Of a stretch of 64,000 nucleotides of DNA, positions 38,752 to 48,982 are shown piece after piece. Numbering within the stretch: position 1 is the stretch's first letter; each line of letters begins with the position of its first letter. The stretch lies in contig JBDRCO010000111.1 in the NCBI GenBank assembly GCA_043821645.1, positions 1 through 64,000 of the forward strand. The letters are read 5' to 3'. The notes beneath the pieces are model-generated. The model saw only the letters and a list, made by a program, of their open reading frames with translations, was not told the DNA's origin and ran no database searches. A program made the translations under genes and the position numbers. Source of the DNA: Pseudomonadota bacterium. GTDB taxonomy: Bacteria > Myxococcota > JACRCW01 > JAFGSX01.

Positions 38752-41478
38752 ATGTCATTCGATAGCCAACGCTGCCGAGGGGTGCTTTCTGGAGTGCTCG
38801 CCGCCTGCCTCCTGGCGGCCAGTGCGATGGCCTGTGACCCGGCATCGCCGCAGGCCATTGCCTGCAACAGCAACGCGGATTGCCCTTCGGGCTCGGTGTG
38901 TGGCGCCGGGCTGTGCCGGACCGCCGGGCCGCTGCTGGATGCGGGGACGACGCGCCACGACGCCGTGATTCTCGATGTCCAGGGCGCTGATGTCGGGACC
39001 GATGCGGCGATCGCCGTGGATATCGGCGCTGGCGACGTGGTGGCCGCCGACGCGGCAGTGGCAGACAGCGCGCCCACGCCTCCCGTGCTTCTGCTGGTCA
39101 GCCCTGTCCTTCACCGGGATGACTGGGTTCAGCACGGTGACACCAGGAGCTTCGTCAGCACGGTGCAGCGCGGGGACGGTGCAGCCCTCGACACCCTGCA
39201 TGTCAGCACGAGCGCATCCTGGCTGAGCCTGCGACTGTCGACCCCAGCGTCGGCGACCCGGCGGGACCTTCAGCTGGACGTCGACAGCAGTGTGCTGGCC
39301 GCGGGAGTGCACGTGGCCGAGGTCACGCTGGTCGACGACGAGGTGCAGGTGGTGCCGGTCACGATCCAGGTCCAGGTGCGGATCCTGGACTGGTCCGTGG
39401 TGCGCATCGGCCCGGCGCTCGATAGATGTCCCCATCCCACTGCAGGCGGACCCGTCGTTCCAACCTGTGAATACTGGGGCCCGACGGGACTGGAGGATGC
39501 CCTGTCTGACCTCGTCGAGCCCGGGGTCCGGCTGCTGCTGTATGACGACGACGGGGCCCCGTTCATCTACGACGGTTGCCTGGAGGTACCCGGCGAGACC
39601 TGGATCAGCACAGCCCCGGGAATCCCGCCACACAACGTGCTGGTCACCTGCCACAACCCTCCCGCGGGCTATGCAGGTGGCACGCTGCGCCTGACGGGTG
39701 ACGGCGTGCACCTGCAAGGGCTGACCGTGGTGTGTCAGGAGGGCTCGGAGACTGCGATCACCGCCTGGCCTGCCCTGGACCAGCCCGACGGGGCGACGCG
39801 CGGACACCTGCTCGAGGACCTGGTGCTGTGGGCTGCCATGCCCGAACTCATGGGCTCCAACAGCATCGTCGATTTCGTGCAGCTCGGCGCGGACACCGTG
39901 CTGCGCAACAGCCACGTGTTCGGCTACTTCGAGGGCGGCATCGACCTGCGCGGCGCACACCGGACGCGGATCGTGCACAACACCATCGTGCTGTTCCAGG
40001 ACTGGGGCGGCGGCTTCAACGTGCAGGGCGCCCAGGATCTGGTGTTCTCGAACAACGTGGTCCTGGCCCTGAGCCGCGTCGAGCCCGTGCTGTTGAGAGC
40101 CTCGCCCTTCACCAGCGGCCTGGTCGTGGCGGGCAACGTGGTCGAGGGCTTCGACATGCTGGTCGAGGACCTGGACGGCACCAATCCTCGCAACGAGGTC
40201 GTGGACAACATCAGCGGAGCCGAGGGCGTCGCCGAGCTGGAGTCGCCCCTGAGACCTTTGCTGCTGGTGGACAGCATCCAGAGCACCGGTGGGCGCGTCC
40301 TCGGAAGCGGAATCAGTCTCGACGGCGTGGAACTCGAGGGCCGTCGCGACCTGATTCCAGGTGCGTACCAGGATCGAAGCCCGCTCGCATTGCCTCGACG
40401 AACCGAGGTCCGGGTTGGCGAGGGAGACTGCGGGGGGCAGGCGTGCGACGTGCTGGCCAGCGAGGACAATGAGATCCAGCGCGCGGTGTGGAGCGTGTGG
40501 CCAGGTGGCGAGGTGAAGATCTACCCGAGCATGGTTCCTTATGCGGGCAATGCCATCGTGAGCTGGCAGCAGCGCATCGTTGGCATGAGCCAGCTGGCCG
40601 AGCCCGACGACGTGGTGCTGCAGGGGCGCGATGAGGACTCGGTGCTCACTCAGCTGCGGCTTTGGCGCCGTCACGCCGCGGTGCTGGCCCTGCTCAAGGC
40701 GAACCTGAATGCGGTGCAGGTGGAGAACCTGAGCATCATGGTGGACGGCTCCAGCGAGGCGAGTCAGACCGCCATCTTTGTCGAGGGCACGGGCAGCAGC
40801 AGCCCGGATGCCGTGCGCGACCTGCGCCGGCTCAAGATCGTCGCGACGCAGATCGCGGTGAACGCGCCTCCTGCTGCTCAGGCGCTGTTGCTGGGTGACA
40901 AGGTGCGGGTGCAGGAGGTCCTCATCGCGGGCCCGTTCGGGAGCTGCATCCACTTCGGTCCACGCCAAGCTCTGCAGGTCCCGACGCCAAGCACCACGGG
41001 GTGGGTGGCCAACCTCAGCTGCGATCTGGTCGGTACAGGCTCGCAGGCGCCTCGCGCGGCGTTCGAAGTGGCGAGGACACATGACACGGTTCTGCTCAAC
41101 CTGGCCGTGCAGCTCACCGAGCCTGCGCCGCTGTTCCTTGCGCAGCGTCGGAGCACGGGCGACACAGGTGTCCTGGCCCTCGATGCACCGACCAGCCTGA
41201 CCGTGCAGGCGGTCAGCCACAGTGGTGGCAGTGTCGACTGCGATGGCTTCGACTGCACCAGCGATGGGCACGTCTTTTCTGCCATCACCCCCGTGAGCGG
41301 CAGCGATTCACTCTTCCTGTCCGCTTCGGACTACCACTTGGCCGTCGGTTCCCCGGCCCTGGACACGGGCGTGATTCCGGTGTCCGTGGATGCGCAGTTC
41401 GACCAGGAATTGTCGCTGGACAGCGTGTCGCGGACGGGGCGAGCTCGGGATCGTGGCTGCTACGAGCAGGAGGATTGA
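38752..41478 (+). CDS. Large lipoprotein with a BACON/Ig-like domain and right-handed beta-helix modules
   Basis: AMAC; Cys knot CNSNADC; VSTSASWLSL; HNTIV/NNVV repeats; C-terminal DYHL..GSPALD.G...D.G.YE. Confidence 0.75.
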   Translation: MSFDSQRCRGVLSGVLAACLLAASAMACDPASPQAIACNSNADCPSGSVCGAGLCRTAGPLLDAGTTRHDAVILDVQGADVGTDAAIAVDIGAGDVVAADAAVADSAPTPPVLLLVSPVLHRDDWVQHGDTRSFVSTVQRGDGAALDTLHVSTSASWLSLRLSTPASATRRDLQLDVDSSVLAAGVHVAEVTLVDDEVQVVPVTIQVQVRILDWSVVRIGPALDRCPHPTAGGPVVPTCEYWGPTGLEDALSDLVEPGVRLLLYDDDGAPFIYDGCLEVPGETWISTAPGIPPHNVLVTCHNPPAGYAGGTLRLTGDGVHLQGLTVVCQEGSETAITAWPALDQPDGATRGHLLEDLVLWAAMPELMGSNSIVDFVQLGADTVLRNSHVFGYFEGGIDLRGAHRTRIVHNTIVLFQDWGGGFNVQGAQDLVFSNNVVLALSRVEPVLLRASPFTSGLVVAGNVVEGFDMLVEDLDGTNPRNEVVDNISGAEGVAELESPLRPLLLVDSIQSTGGRVLGSGISLDGVELEGRRDLIPGAYQDRSPLALPRRTEVRVGEGDCGGQACDVLASEDNEIQRAVWSVWPGGEVKIYPSMVPYAGNAIVSWQQRIVGMSQLAEPDDVVLQGRDEDSVLTQLRLWRRHAAVLALLKANLNAVQVENLSIMVDGSSEASQTAIFVEGTGSSSPDAVRDLRRLKIVATQIAVNAPPAAQALLLGDKVRVQEVLIAGPFGSCIHFGPRQALQVPTPSTTGWVANLSCDLVGTGSQAPRAAFEVARTHDTVLLNLAVQLTEPAPLFLAQRRSTGDTGVLALDAPTSLTVQAVSHSGGSVDCDGFDCTSDGHVFSAITPVSGSDSLFLSASDYHLAVGSPALDTGVIPVSVDAQFDQELSLDSVSRTGRARDRGCYEQED

Positions 41479-41574
41479 ACAGGGTCCTGTGGAGTCCGGC
41501 AGCGAGGGACAGCCATCACGAGGCGAGGCCCTCCTGCGACGCCGCACCGGCAGCGCCCCGGGACCCCGGAGAGC

Positions 41575-43101
41575 TCAACCCGCCCTCGGTCCGTACACCT
41601 CGAGCAGGCGCCCGGTGAGATGCAGGAGTTGCAGCCGCAGCTGGGTACTGTCGACGCGGGCGCGCAGCTCGCGCAGGCTGCTGGCGCGAAGCTGGTCCTG
41701 GGCCTGGCTGACGTCGAGGGCCGTCGAGCTCCCGGTGGCAAATCGCGCCTCTTCGGCCACCACCTGGCGCTGCACGATGGACAGGGTCTGGGCAGACAGC
41801 TCCGTGCGTCGGGCCGCGGCCTGGGCGCGGGCCCGGGCCGTGTCCAGGTCGGCAACCACGGCCTGCTCGGCCTGGTTCAGCTGCTCCTGGGCAGACTGCA
41901 CGGCCAGGCGTGCGCGGGCGGCCTCGGACTCGCGCTGGGTCCCATCCAGGGGTGTCTCGAAGCTGAGGCCCACCATGGCGCTCACCCCATCGCTGCTGGC
42001 CAGGCCTGAGAAGGCTGGAGCCAGGTCCTGATTGCCCAGGCCCTGGGCCTGCACGTAGCCGGTCAGGTCCAGGCGGGGTCGAAGCGGTTCGGCCGCGGTG
42101 CGGGCCTGTACCTCGGCAAGATGCATGGCCTCGCGAAGCTCGAGCACCCGGTAGGAGGACGCCAGGGCGGCAGCGCGCAGCGCATCCGTCGTGTCGACGG
42201 AGACGGAGGGCTGGTCCCCGGCCCTGGCGCGCAGGTCCCTGGCCCCATCGACGACGCCAATGGCCTGCCCCAGGGCGATGGCGCGACTCTCGCGCTCGGC
42301 CTCGGCGCTGGCCAGGTCCTCGTGCAGCGCTGCGACCCGTGATTCGAAGGTCAACAGCTCGACTGGCGCCAGGTCACCACTGGCCACGCGGGCTGCTGCC
42401 TGATCGCGTTGCTGCTCGGCGAGCTGCAAGCTCTGCTGCTGGATGTCGAGGGCGCGGCTGGCGTAGTACAGCTCCCAGTATGCAGACAGGGCTCCCTGCA
42501 GCACCTCACTGGCGACCCGCTGCCGCGCTACCTTCGCGGAGGCCAGCGCCACCTCGGCTTGGTCCAGGGACGCCCGGCTGACGTCGCGACCTGCGCCGCG
42601 CAGCAGGGGTTGGCTGAAGCCCATGCGCACCGAGGTGCTGTAGCCAGGACCGACGTCGACCAGGGTGCCGGGCTGGGTGAAGCTGCTGGACTGCGAGGTC
42701 TGGGCCTGGCCCTCGACACGAAGGGATAGATCGGTGCCCCACTCGAGGTGGCGCTGCAGCTCGCCGCCGAGCACGAGGCTGGTGCTGCTGGGGTTGCTGA
42801 CACCGCTGCCGCTCAGGGTCGGCGAGGCCAGGCGCGCGAGCTGCTGGTCGAGCTTGAGCACGAAGCCGTAGCGGGCCTGCTCACCCAGCACCTGTTGCTC
42901 GGCGCGCTCGAGGTCGATGATGGCCGCGGCGAGGGCGGGGTTGTGCTCCACTGCCAGGGTCACGGTGCGGGTCTCATCCAGCTCCCGGCCTGCGGGGCCA
43001 GAGTCCTGAGCCCGTGCTGCGATGGAGGGTGCCAGCAGTGCGAGGGCGGCCCCTGTCTGCAACGCCAGCCGGAAACGACGGGTGTGCTTGACGTCACTCA
43101 T
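41575..43101 (-). CDS. TolC-family outer membrane efflux protein
   Basis: AVEHNPAL, QPLLRG, AYWELY, RF.TG.ST.LDV..AQ; start MSDVKH overlaps the permease stop. Confidence 0.88.
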   Translation of the reverse strand: MSDVKHTRRFRLALQTGAALALLAPSIAARAQDSGPAGRELDETRTVTLAVEHNPALAAAIIDLERAEQQVLGEQARYGFVLKLDQQLARLASPTLSGSGVSNPSSTSLVLGGELQRHLEWGTDLSLRVEGQAQTSQSSSFTQPGTLVDVGPGYSTSVRMGFSQPLLRGAGRDVSRASLDQAEVALASAKVARQRVASEVLQGALSAYWELYYASRALDIQQQSLQLAEQQRDQAAARVASGDLAPVELLTFESRVAALHEDLASAEAERESRAIALGQAIGVVDGARDLRARAGDQPSVSVDTTDALRAAALASSYRVLELREAMHLAEVQARTAAEPLRPRLDLTGYVQAQGLGNQDLAPAFSGLASSDGVSAMVGLSFETPLDGTQRESEAARARLAVQSAQEQLNQAEQAVVADLDTARARAQAAARRTELSAQTLSIVQRQVVAEEARFATGSSTALDVSQAQDQLRASSLRELRARVDSTQLRLQLLHLTGRLLEVYGPRAG

Positions 43102-44299
43102 AGCGCAATGCCTCGATGGGGTTGAGGCGGGCGGCCTTGCGCGCCGGCACGTAGCCGAAAACGATGCCGACCGCAGCCGAGAAGGCGAAGGCCAGGCCCA
43201 CGATGTTGGGCAAGAACTTGAACGGCATGTGCAGGGCGTGCAGGGCGGCGTATGACCCGGCGAGCCCGATGGCCACACCCGCCGCACCGCCCATCACCGA
43301 TAGCACCACGGCCTCGACCAGGAACTGCAACAAGACCTCGCGGCCGCGGGCACCGATGGCCAGGCGGATGCCGATCTCGCGGGTGCGCTCGGTGACAGAT
43401 ACCAGCATGATGTTCATGATGCCGATACCGCCGACGAGCAGGCTGACCGCGGCGATGGCGCCGAGCAGGGCGGTGAGCACACCAGTGACCGTGGACATGG
43501 TCTGCGCGATCTCCTTCATGTCGCGCACGTTGAAGTCGTCTTTGTCGCCGGGCTGGATGTGCCGGCGCTGGCGCAGCAGCAGCTCGACGTCGGTCTTGAC
43601 CCGGGTGGTGCCGGCCGAGCTGGCAGCGGACAAAAAGAAGCTGCCGATGTCCGTCGAGCCGGCCAGGCGCCGCTGCACCGTGCTCAGGGGCATCACCACC
43701 AGGTCGTCCTGGTCCATGCCGAAGGAGGACTGGCCCTTGGCGCCCAGCACGCCGATGACCTGGCAGGCCACGTTGCCCACGCGCACGCTCGCGCCCAGCG
43801 GGTCCTGCTGGCCAAACAGCTCCTGCACCACGGTGGCGCCGAGGACGCAGGTCGCGCCGCCACCCAGGAGCTCGGTCTCGCTGAAGCGCCGGCCGCTGCT
43901 CATGCTGTAACCACGCACCTTGAAGAAGTCATTGCTCGAGCCGGTGATCGTGGTGTTCCAGTTTTTGTTGCCGTAGACCGCCAGCACGCCGCGGCTCACC
44001 GAGGGCGCCAGCCCGCTCACTCCCGTGATCTCGGCCCTCAGCGCACGCTCGTCGGCATTGGTGAACGGCGAGGCCGTGGTGCCTATGGGCCCGTGGCGCT
44101 CGGCCCCGGGCGACACGATGAGCAGGTTGTCACCCATGGCGCCGATGCTGGCGGTGACGTCGGCGGTGGCGCCCTCTCCCAGGGTGACCATGGCGATGAC
44201 CGAGGCCACACCGATGACGATACCCAGCGCGGTCAGGCCCGAGCGCATGAGGTTGCGCCGGATCTCGCGCAGGGCCATGAGCAGGGTCGAGGTGAACAT
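43094..44299 (-). CDS. MacB-type ABC transporter permease
   Basis: RSGLTALGIVIGVASVI, GGIGIMNIMLVSVTERTREIGIRLAIGA, PARKAARLNPIEALRYE. Confidence 0.95.
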   Translation of the reverse strand: MFTSTLLMALREIRRNLMRSGLTALGIVIGVASVIAMVTLGEGATADVTASIGAMGDNLLIVSPGAERHGPIGTTASPFTNADERALRAEITGVSGLAPSVSRGVLAVYGNKNWNTTITGSSNDFFKVRGYSMSSGRRFSETELLGGGATCVLGATVVQELFGQQDPLGASVRVGNVACQVIGVLGAKGQSSFGMDQDDLVVMPLSTVQRRLAGSTDIGSFFLSAASSAGTTRVKTDVELLLRQRRHIQPGDKDDFNVRDMKEIAQTMSTVTGVLTALLGAIAAVSLLVGGIGIMNIMLVSVTERTREIGIRLAIGARGREVLLQFLVEAVVLSVMGGAAGVAIGLAGSYAALHALHMPFKFLPNIVGLAFAFSAAVGIVFGYVPARKAARLNPIEALRYE

Positions 44300-45054
44300 C
44301 AGCGGCTCCCGCCACGGCGCTCGTCCGAGAGCACGCGGCCATCCTGGAAGCGGATCACCCGGTCGGTGGCGTCGGCCACGTCGGGCTCGTGGGTGACGAT
44401 CACGGTGGTGATGCCGCGGTTACGGTTGAGCTCGGTGAGCAGGCCCATGATCTCGGCCTTGCGCGCGGTATCGACGTTTCCAGTCGGCTCGTCGGCGAGC
44501 AGCAGCGAGGGCTGGCTGACGATGGCGCGGGCGATGGCCACGCGTTGCTGCTGGCCACCGCTGAGCTCGGCGGGAGCGTGGTGTTCGCGGCCCTCGAGGC
44601 CCACCGCGCGCAGGGCCTCCTGCGCGAGGCGTCGCCGGGTCGCCGCGGGCACGCCGCGGTACACCAGGGGCAGCTCCACGTTCTCCTGGGCCGAGGTGCG
44701 GGCCAGCAGGTTGAAGCCCTGGAACACGAAGCCCAGGTAGTGGCGCCTGAGCAGCGCCAGCTGATCGCGATTCAGGCTGCCAACGTCGACACCGCGGAAC
44801 AGGTAGTGGCCAAGGGTCGGCTGGTCCAGGCAACCCAGGATGTTGAGGCAGGTGCTCTTGCCCGAGCCGCTGGCGCCCATGATGGCCACCAGCTCACCCT
44901 GGTCGATGCGCAGGCTCACCCTGTCCATGGCCTTCACCTGGGTGTCGCCCTGGCCGTAGATCTTGGAGACCTCGCTGAGCTCGAGCAGCGGCGCGAGCTG
45001 CAGGTGGGGTCCACTGGGCGCGGGTTCGATGTCGAGGACTGGCATCGCGGTCAT
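44299..45054 (-). CDS. MacB/LolD-type ABC ATP-binding protein
   Basis: GASGSGKST, LSGGQQQR, LLADEPTGN, VTHE. Confidence 0.95.
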   Translation of the reverse strand: MTAMPVLDIEPAPSGPHLQLAPLLELSEVSKIYGQGDTQVKAMDRVSLRIDQGELVAIMGASGSGKSTCLNILGCLDQPTLGHYLFRGVDVGSLNRDQLALLRRHYLGFVFQGFNLLARTSAQENVELPLVYRGVPAATRRRLAQEALRAVGLEGREHHAPAELSGGQQQRVAIARAIVSQPSLLLADEPTGNVDTARKAEIMGLLTELNRNRGITTVIVTHEPDVADATDRVIRFQDGRVLSDERRGGSR

Positions 45055-46337
45055 CGTGCGCTCTCCTGCACCAGGGTGTTGACGATGACCTGGCTGCCCG
45101 CGGTGAGTTCGCCGGACAGGATCTGGGTGTGGGTGCCGTCGCTGAGGCCTGTGGTCAGGGCTACCGCAAGCGGGCGCTCGCCGTCGAGGATCCAGGCCCG
45201 CGGCTGCCCCGGCGCGATGCTCGAGACCTCCTGTGGCGCACCCCGGCTGAAGGGTCCGCCGTGGGCCACCGGCGGCGAGAAGCGCAGCGCGGCATTGGGC
45301 ACCAGCAGGGCGTCCTGTACCTCGCTGGTCACGACATGCGCGGTGGCCGTCATACCAGGGCGCAGCAGGCCGCCCGTGTTGTCGACGGAGAGCACGGCCT
45401 GGTAGGTGACCACGTTCTGCGAGATGGTGGGCTCGTTGCGCAGCTGCACGACTTTCGAGGCGAAGCTCTGCCCCGGGTAGGCGTCGACGCTGAAGCTGGC
45501 GTTCTGGCCCTCTTGCACGCGACCGATGTCCGCCTCGTCGACGTCCACGTACAGGGTCATCTGGGTCAGGTCGGTGGTCAGCTTGAACAGCACCGGGGTC
45601 TGAAAACCCGCGGTGACGGTCTGCCCGGGCTCGATCAGCCGGGCCAGCACCATGCCGTCCATGGGGGCGCGGATGGTGGACTTGGCGAGCCGGGTGACGG
45701 TGGAGTTCAGGGTGGCCCGGGCCAGGGTGGTGCTCGCCTGGGCCGCCGTCAGGGTTGCGTCCGCCCTCGCCAGTCCCGCCTGGGCTGCCTCGTACTCGCG
45801 CCTGGACAGGATGCCCTGATCGAACTGGCTCTTGCTGCGCTCGTTGATGAGCCTGGCCTCCACCGCGGTGGCCTGGGCCTGCACCACATTGGCTTCGGCC
45901 GAGGCCAGCTGGGCCCGGGACTCCTCGACCGACGAGCGCAACTGCTCGGGGTCGATGATGGCCAGCACCTGGCCCTGCTTCACGTGTTCATTGAAGTCGG
46001 CCTTGACCTCGACCACACGGCCCGAGACCTCGGCGCCGACCTCCACGGTGTTGAGGCCCTGCAGGCGACCTGTGGCCGTGACCAGGGCCGTGAGTTCGCC
46101 CCGCTGCACCTCGGCCAGTTCGAAGCGCGGTACCTTGCCGGGTCCTGGCGAGCGAAGGACGAACCAGGTGCCCAGCCCGGCCACCGCGAGCCCGGCCAGC
46201 AGGAACCAGGGCCAGCGACGACGAGATGAAGAGCCGGCCCCGATGGCGGACAGCACCTCGGCATCCGGCGCAGCGGTCTTGAGCACGGGTTGGGGACTGG
46301 GAGCGGGCATGGGGACCTCCACCGGAGCAGGAGCCAC
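45051..46337 (-). CDS. MacA-like periplasmic adaptor (membrane fusion protein)
   Basis: VEVGAEVSG, IRAPMDG, VDEADIG, LRPGMTA, VPNAALRF. Alternative start at 46310. Confidence 0.93.
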   Translation of the reverse strand: MAPAPVEVPMPAPSPQPVLKTAAPDAEVLSAIGAGSSSRRRWPWFLLAGLAVAGLGTWFVLRSPGPGKVPRFELAEVQRGELTALVTATGRLQGLNTVEVGAEVSGRVVEVKADFNEHVKQGQVLAIIDPEQLRSSVEESRAQLASAEANVVQAQATAVEARLINERSKSQFDQGILSRREYEAAQAGLARADATLTAAQASTTLARATLNSTVTRLAKSTIRAPMDGMVLARLIEPGQTVTAGFQTPVLFKLTTDLTQMTLYVDVDEADIGRVQEGQNASFSVDAYPGQSFASKVVQLRNEPTISQNVVTYQAVLSVDNTGGLLRPGMTATAHVVTSEVQDALLVPNAALRFSPPVAHGGPFSRGAPQEVSSIAPGQPRAWILDGERPLAVALTTGLSDGTHTQILSGELTAGSQVIVNTLVQESAR

Positions 46338-46420
46338 AAATGGCGCCGCCAGAAAAACTGGCAGACATCCGGCTCACAGCTTCAAGGTAGCGACCCCGTG
46401 TCGAGGAGATCTGTGGCCTG

Positions 46421-46437
46421 TGTGAAGAACTGTGCGC
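46421..46437 (-). promoter_or_regulatory. Putative response-regulator binding box upstream of the exporter operon
   Basis: Minus-strand GCGCACAGTTCTTCACA, 15/17 identical to the box at 48621-48637. Confidence 0.6.
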
Positions 46438-46443
46438 CAGGGC

Positions 46444-47817
46444 TCAGACGATGGTCGCGGTGGGAACGCGCAGGATGGCCGTGGTGCCCTGGCCGGGCAC
46501 GCTCTCCAGGCGCAGGGTGCCACCGTGAGCCTCGACGATGCGGCGGGCCAGGGTCAGGCCCAGGCCCACGCCACCGGTCTGGCGGGCGCGGCTCTGCTCA
46601 CCTCGGAAGAAGGGCGTAAACAACCGTGTCATGTGCTCCGGGGGGATGCCCGGTCCCTGGTCCGTCACCCGCAGCTCCAGCTGGTCGCCGTCGACACCAG
46701 CCGTCAGCTTCACCTGGCTGCCCGGCTCGGAGTACTTGCCCGCGTTGTCCAGCAGGTTGTCGAGGGCGCGCCTGAGCAGCACGGGATCCGCCAGCAGCGG
46801 AGCCAGGACCGCGCTGTCAGGACGAACCAGCACATGCTGAGGATGGGCTCGGCCAAAGCGCTCGGCGGCTGCAGAGATCATGGACAGCGGATCCAGCTGC
46901 TCAAGCCGCAGCGGTGGCACGGCGTGGCCCGTGGCCTCGTCCTGTAGTTCCAGGCGCGTGGCCATGATGATGTCGCTGACCAGGCGCTCCAGCTCGTCCA
47001 GGTCCTGGGCGATCTCGGTCAGGGGTGAGGGAGCATCCGTTGTCTCGTCGAGCTTGGCGATGTCCAGGGCGACCCGGATCCGGGCCAGGGGTGTGCGCAG
47101 CTCGTGGGACACGTTGCCCAGCAGCTCGCGCTGGCCGCGCAGCAGGGCCACGATCTTGTCCGCCATCTCGTCAAAGGTACGCGACAGCTCGCCAATCTCG
47201 TCACCCCGGCGAAGCTGGCTGCGCGCACCCAGGTCACCGCTGCCAAAGGACAGGGCTGTCTCGGCGAGGCGGCGAAGGGGTCGACCCACGCTGTGCGCAA
47301 GTAACAGCGAGGCCACACCCACGCCCAGCAGCAACAGCACCAGGGGAAAGACCCAGAAGTAGCGCCGGGCGTAGAACTCCTGGCTCTGCACGAAGCCGTA
47401 CGCGGTCAGGACTCCCTGAGGGCGGTAGGCAAAGGCCAGGTGAGGAGGAAATCCTGTGGACACCACGTCCTGGTTCCGGAGCTTCTGCACGTGATCGGTG
47501 TCGAGCGGTGGCTCCGGTGGCTGAACATTGCTCAGCAACAGGCGACCATCGGGCTGGTACACGGTGATGCGCAAACCCGCCTGCTCGAGCAGGGCCTGCG
47601 CGGCCTCGGCCTTGGCGTCGACAGAGCCCGGTCTGGACAGGAGCTGCTCCAGGTAGTGAGACAGATGGCGGTGGCCTCCCTCGGGTGGCCCCATCAGCAG
47701 GTGGGCAAAGGCAGCCAGCACGGCGCCCGTGGCCACTATGGAGAGCACGGCCAGGGCATAGATCCGGAACACCAGACGCGCGCGCCCCACCCGTGCGGTT
47801 GTTGACGCCGACATCAC
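46444..47817 (-). CDS. Sensor histidine kinase (HAMP, HisKA, HATPase)
   Basis: SHELRTPL, NLLDNAGKY, DQGPG, GLGL. Confidence 0.95.
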   Translation of the reverse strand: MMSASTTARVGRARLVFRIYALAVLSIVATGAVLAAFAHLLMGPPEGGHRHLSHYLEQLLSRPGSVDAKAEAAQALLEQAGLRITVYQPDGRLLLSNVQPPEPPLDTDHVQKLRNQDVVSTGFPPHLAFAYRPQGVLTAYGFVQSQEFYARRYFWVFPLVLLLLGVGVASLLLAHSVGRPLRRLAETALSFGSGDLGARSQLRRGDEIGELSRTFDEMADKIVALLRGQRELLGNVSHELRTPLARIRVALDIAKLDETTDAPSPLTEIAQDLDELERLVSDIIMATRLELQDEATGHAVPPLRLEQLDPLSMISAAAERFGRAHPQHVLVRPDSAVLAPLLADPVLLRRALDNLLDNAGKYSEPGSQVKLTAGVDGDQLELRVTDQGPGIPPEHMTRLFTPFFRGEQSRARQTGGVGLGLTLARRIVEAHGGTLRLESVPGQGTTAILRVPTATIV

Positions 47818-48539
47818 GCCTCGGTGCTCCTGGCCAGCATGTAGCCAGCGCCACGCACGGTCTTGAGCAGGGCTGGTTGCCGCGGATCATCGCCGAGCTT
47901 CCTGCGCAGCCGCGAGATATGCCCGTCGATGGAACGGTCAAAGGCCTCCTCGGCGCTGCCCTTGGCCAGATCGAGAAGACGCTCGCGACTCAGCACGCGG
48001 CCGGCACTCTCGGCCAGGGCGCGCAGGATGGCGAACTCGTAGGAGGTCAGATCGAGTCTCTGGCCATTCAAGGTGGCCTGCAGGGCACCCAGGTCCAGGA
48101 CCAGGCCTCCCAGCTCGATGCGCTGGCTGCCGGGCCCGGTCTGGCCCCGGTAGCGGCGGACCATGGCGCGGATGCGCGCCAGCAGCTCGGGCGACGAGAA
48201 GGGTTTGGCCACGTAGTCGTCGGCGCCGGCGTCCAGGCCGGTGACCCGGTCTGCCTCCTCACCCAGGGCCGTGAGCATGATGATGGGGACGTCCGAGCGC
48301 TGGCGCAGCTGGCGGCACACGTCCAGGCCGCTCTGCCCGGGCAGCATCAGGTCCAGCAGCACCAGGTCGTAGGTCGCGCGCAGGGCCTCGGCCAGGCCGT
48401 GCACGCCATCCGGGGCCACGGTGACCTCGACCCCGCGGCGCTGCAAGAAGGTCGCGGTGAGCTGGGCCAGGCGCTGATCGTCCTCGATGAGCAGGACCTT
48501 CAGTGGCGCTTCGGTGGCGGGTGGGCTCACGTTGTCCAT
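47814..48539 (-). CDS. OmpR-family response regulator
   Basis: IEDD, LDLMLP, GADDYVAKPF, IDGHISRLRRKL, TVRGAGY. Confidence 0.96.
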   Translation of the reverse strand: MDNVSPPATEAPLKVLLIEDDQRLAQLTATFLQRRGVEVTVAPDGVHGLAEALRATYDLVLLDLMLPGQSGLDVCRQLRQRSDVPIIMLTALGEEADRVTGLDAGADDYVAKPFSSPELLARIRAMVRRYRGQTGPGSQRIELGGLVLDLGALQATLNGQRLDLTSYEFAILRALAESAGRVLSRERLLDLAKGSAEEAFDRSIDGHISRLRRKLGDDPRQPALLKTVRGAGYMLARSTEA

Positions 48540-48596
48540 GGCCAGCGTCCTGCGCCTGTCATCCGGGGCAGGCGGCTGAACTCAAGCTAACGCACC

Positions 48597-48637
48597 ATTC
48601 TACGCGGGCGGTGCGGGCATTGTGGAGAAGTGTGCGC
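48597..48637 (-). promoter_or_regulatory. Putative promoter of the response regulator: box plus TAGAAT -10
   Basis: Minus-strand GCGCACACTTCTCCACA (48637-48621) then TAGAAT (48602-48597). Confidence 0.6.
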
Positions 48638-48699
48638 GAGCCAGCCTCGTGCGGGTGGCTGCACAGGCCGAGACCCAGGCTACGGCGCCCGCCCTGACC

Positions 48700-48936
48700 C
48701 GGGAACCCGGTATCCTGGACGGCGTGACCCTGCCCATGAGCTTGACCTATGGTCTCGTCGACACCTTCGACGTCGACGTGTTCGCAACGCCACGCGTCTA
48801 CCCCCAGCTCGATGTGTTGTTTGGCGCGGGCATCCGGTTGCGGATGTTCGACCTGGGCAGCTCCCTGAACGCGGTGTTCCGGGGTCGTGACGCGTCGACG
48901 CGGTCCACGCCCCTGGATACACCCACCCGGCCCTGA
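48700..48936 (+). pseudogene. Probable 3' gene fragment with amphipathic beta-strand pattern
   Basis: GVTLPMSLTYGLVDTFDVDVFATPRVYPQLDVLFGAGIRLRMF looks like final barrel strands; the nominal start lies inside the regulator promoter box. Left boundary approximate. Confidence 0.35.
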
Positions 48937-48982
48937 GCCGAGAACGCAACGGGGCCAGGGGAGGTCTCCTGGTCGCTCCCTG

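Noticed and set aside
36560-41271. Long antisense ORFs (36560-38662, 38755-41271; also 24519-27398 and 6555-8396)
   Set aside because: They are shadows of well-supported genes in high-GC DNA and carry no recognisable motifs.
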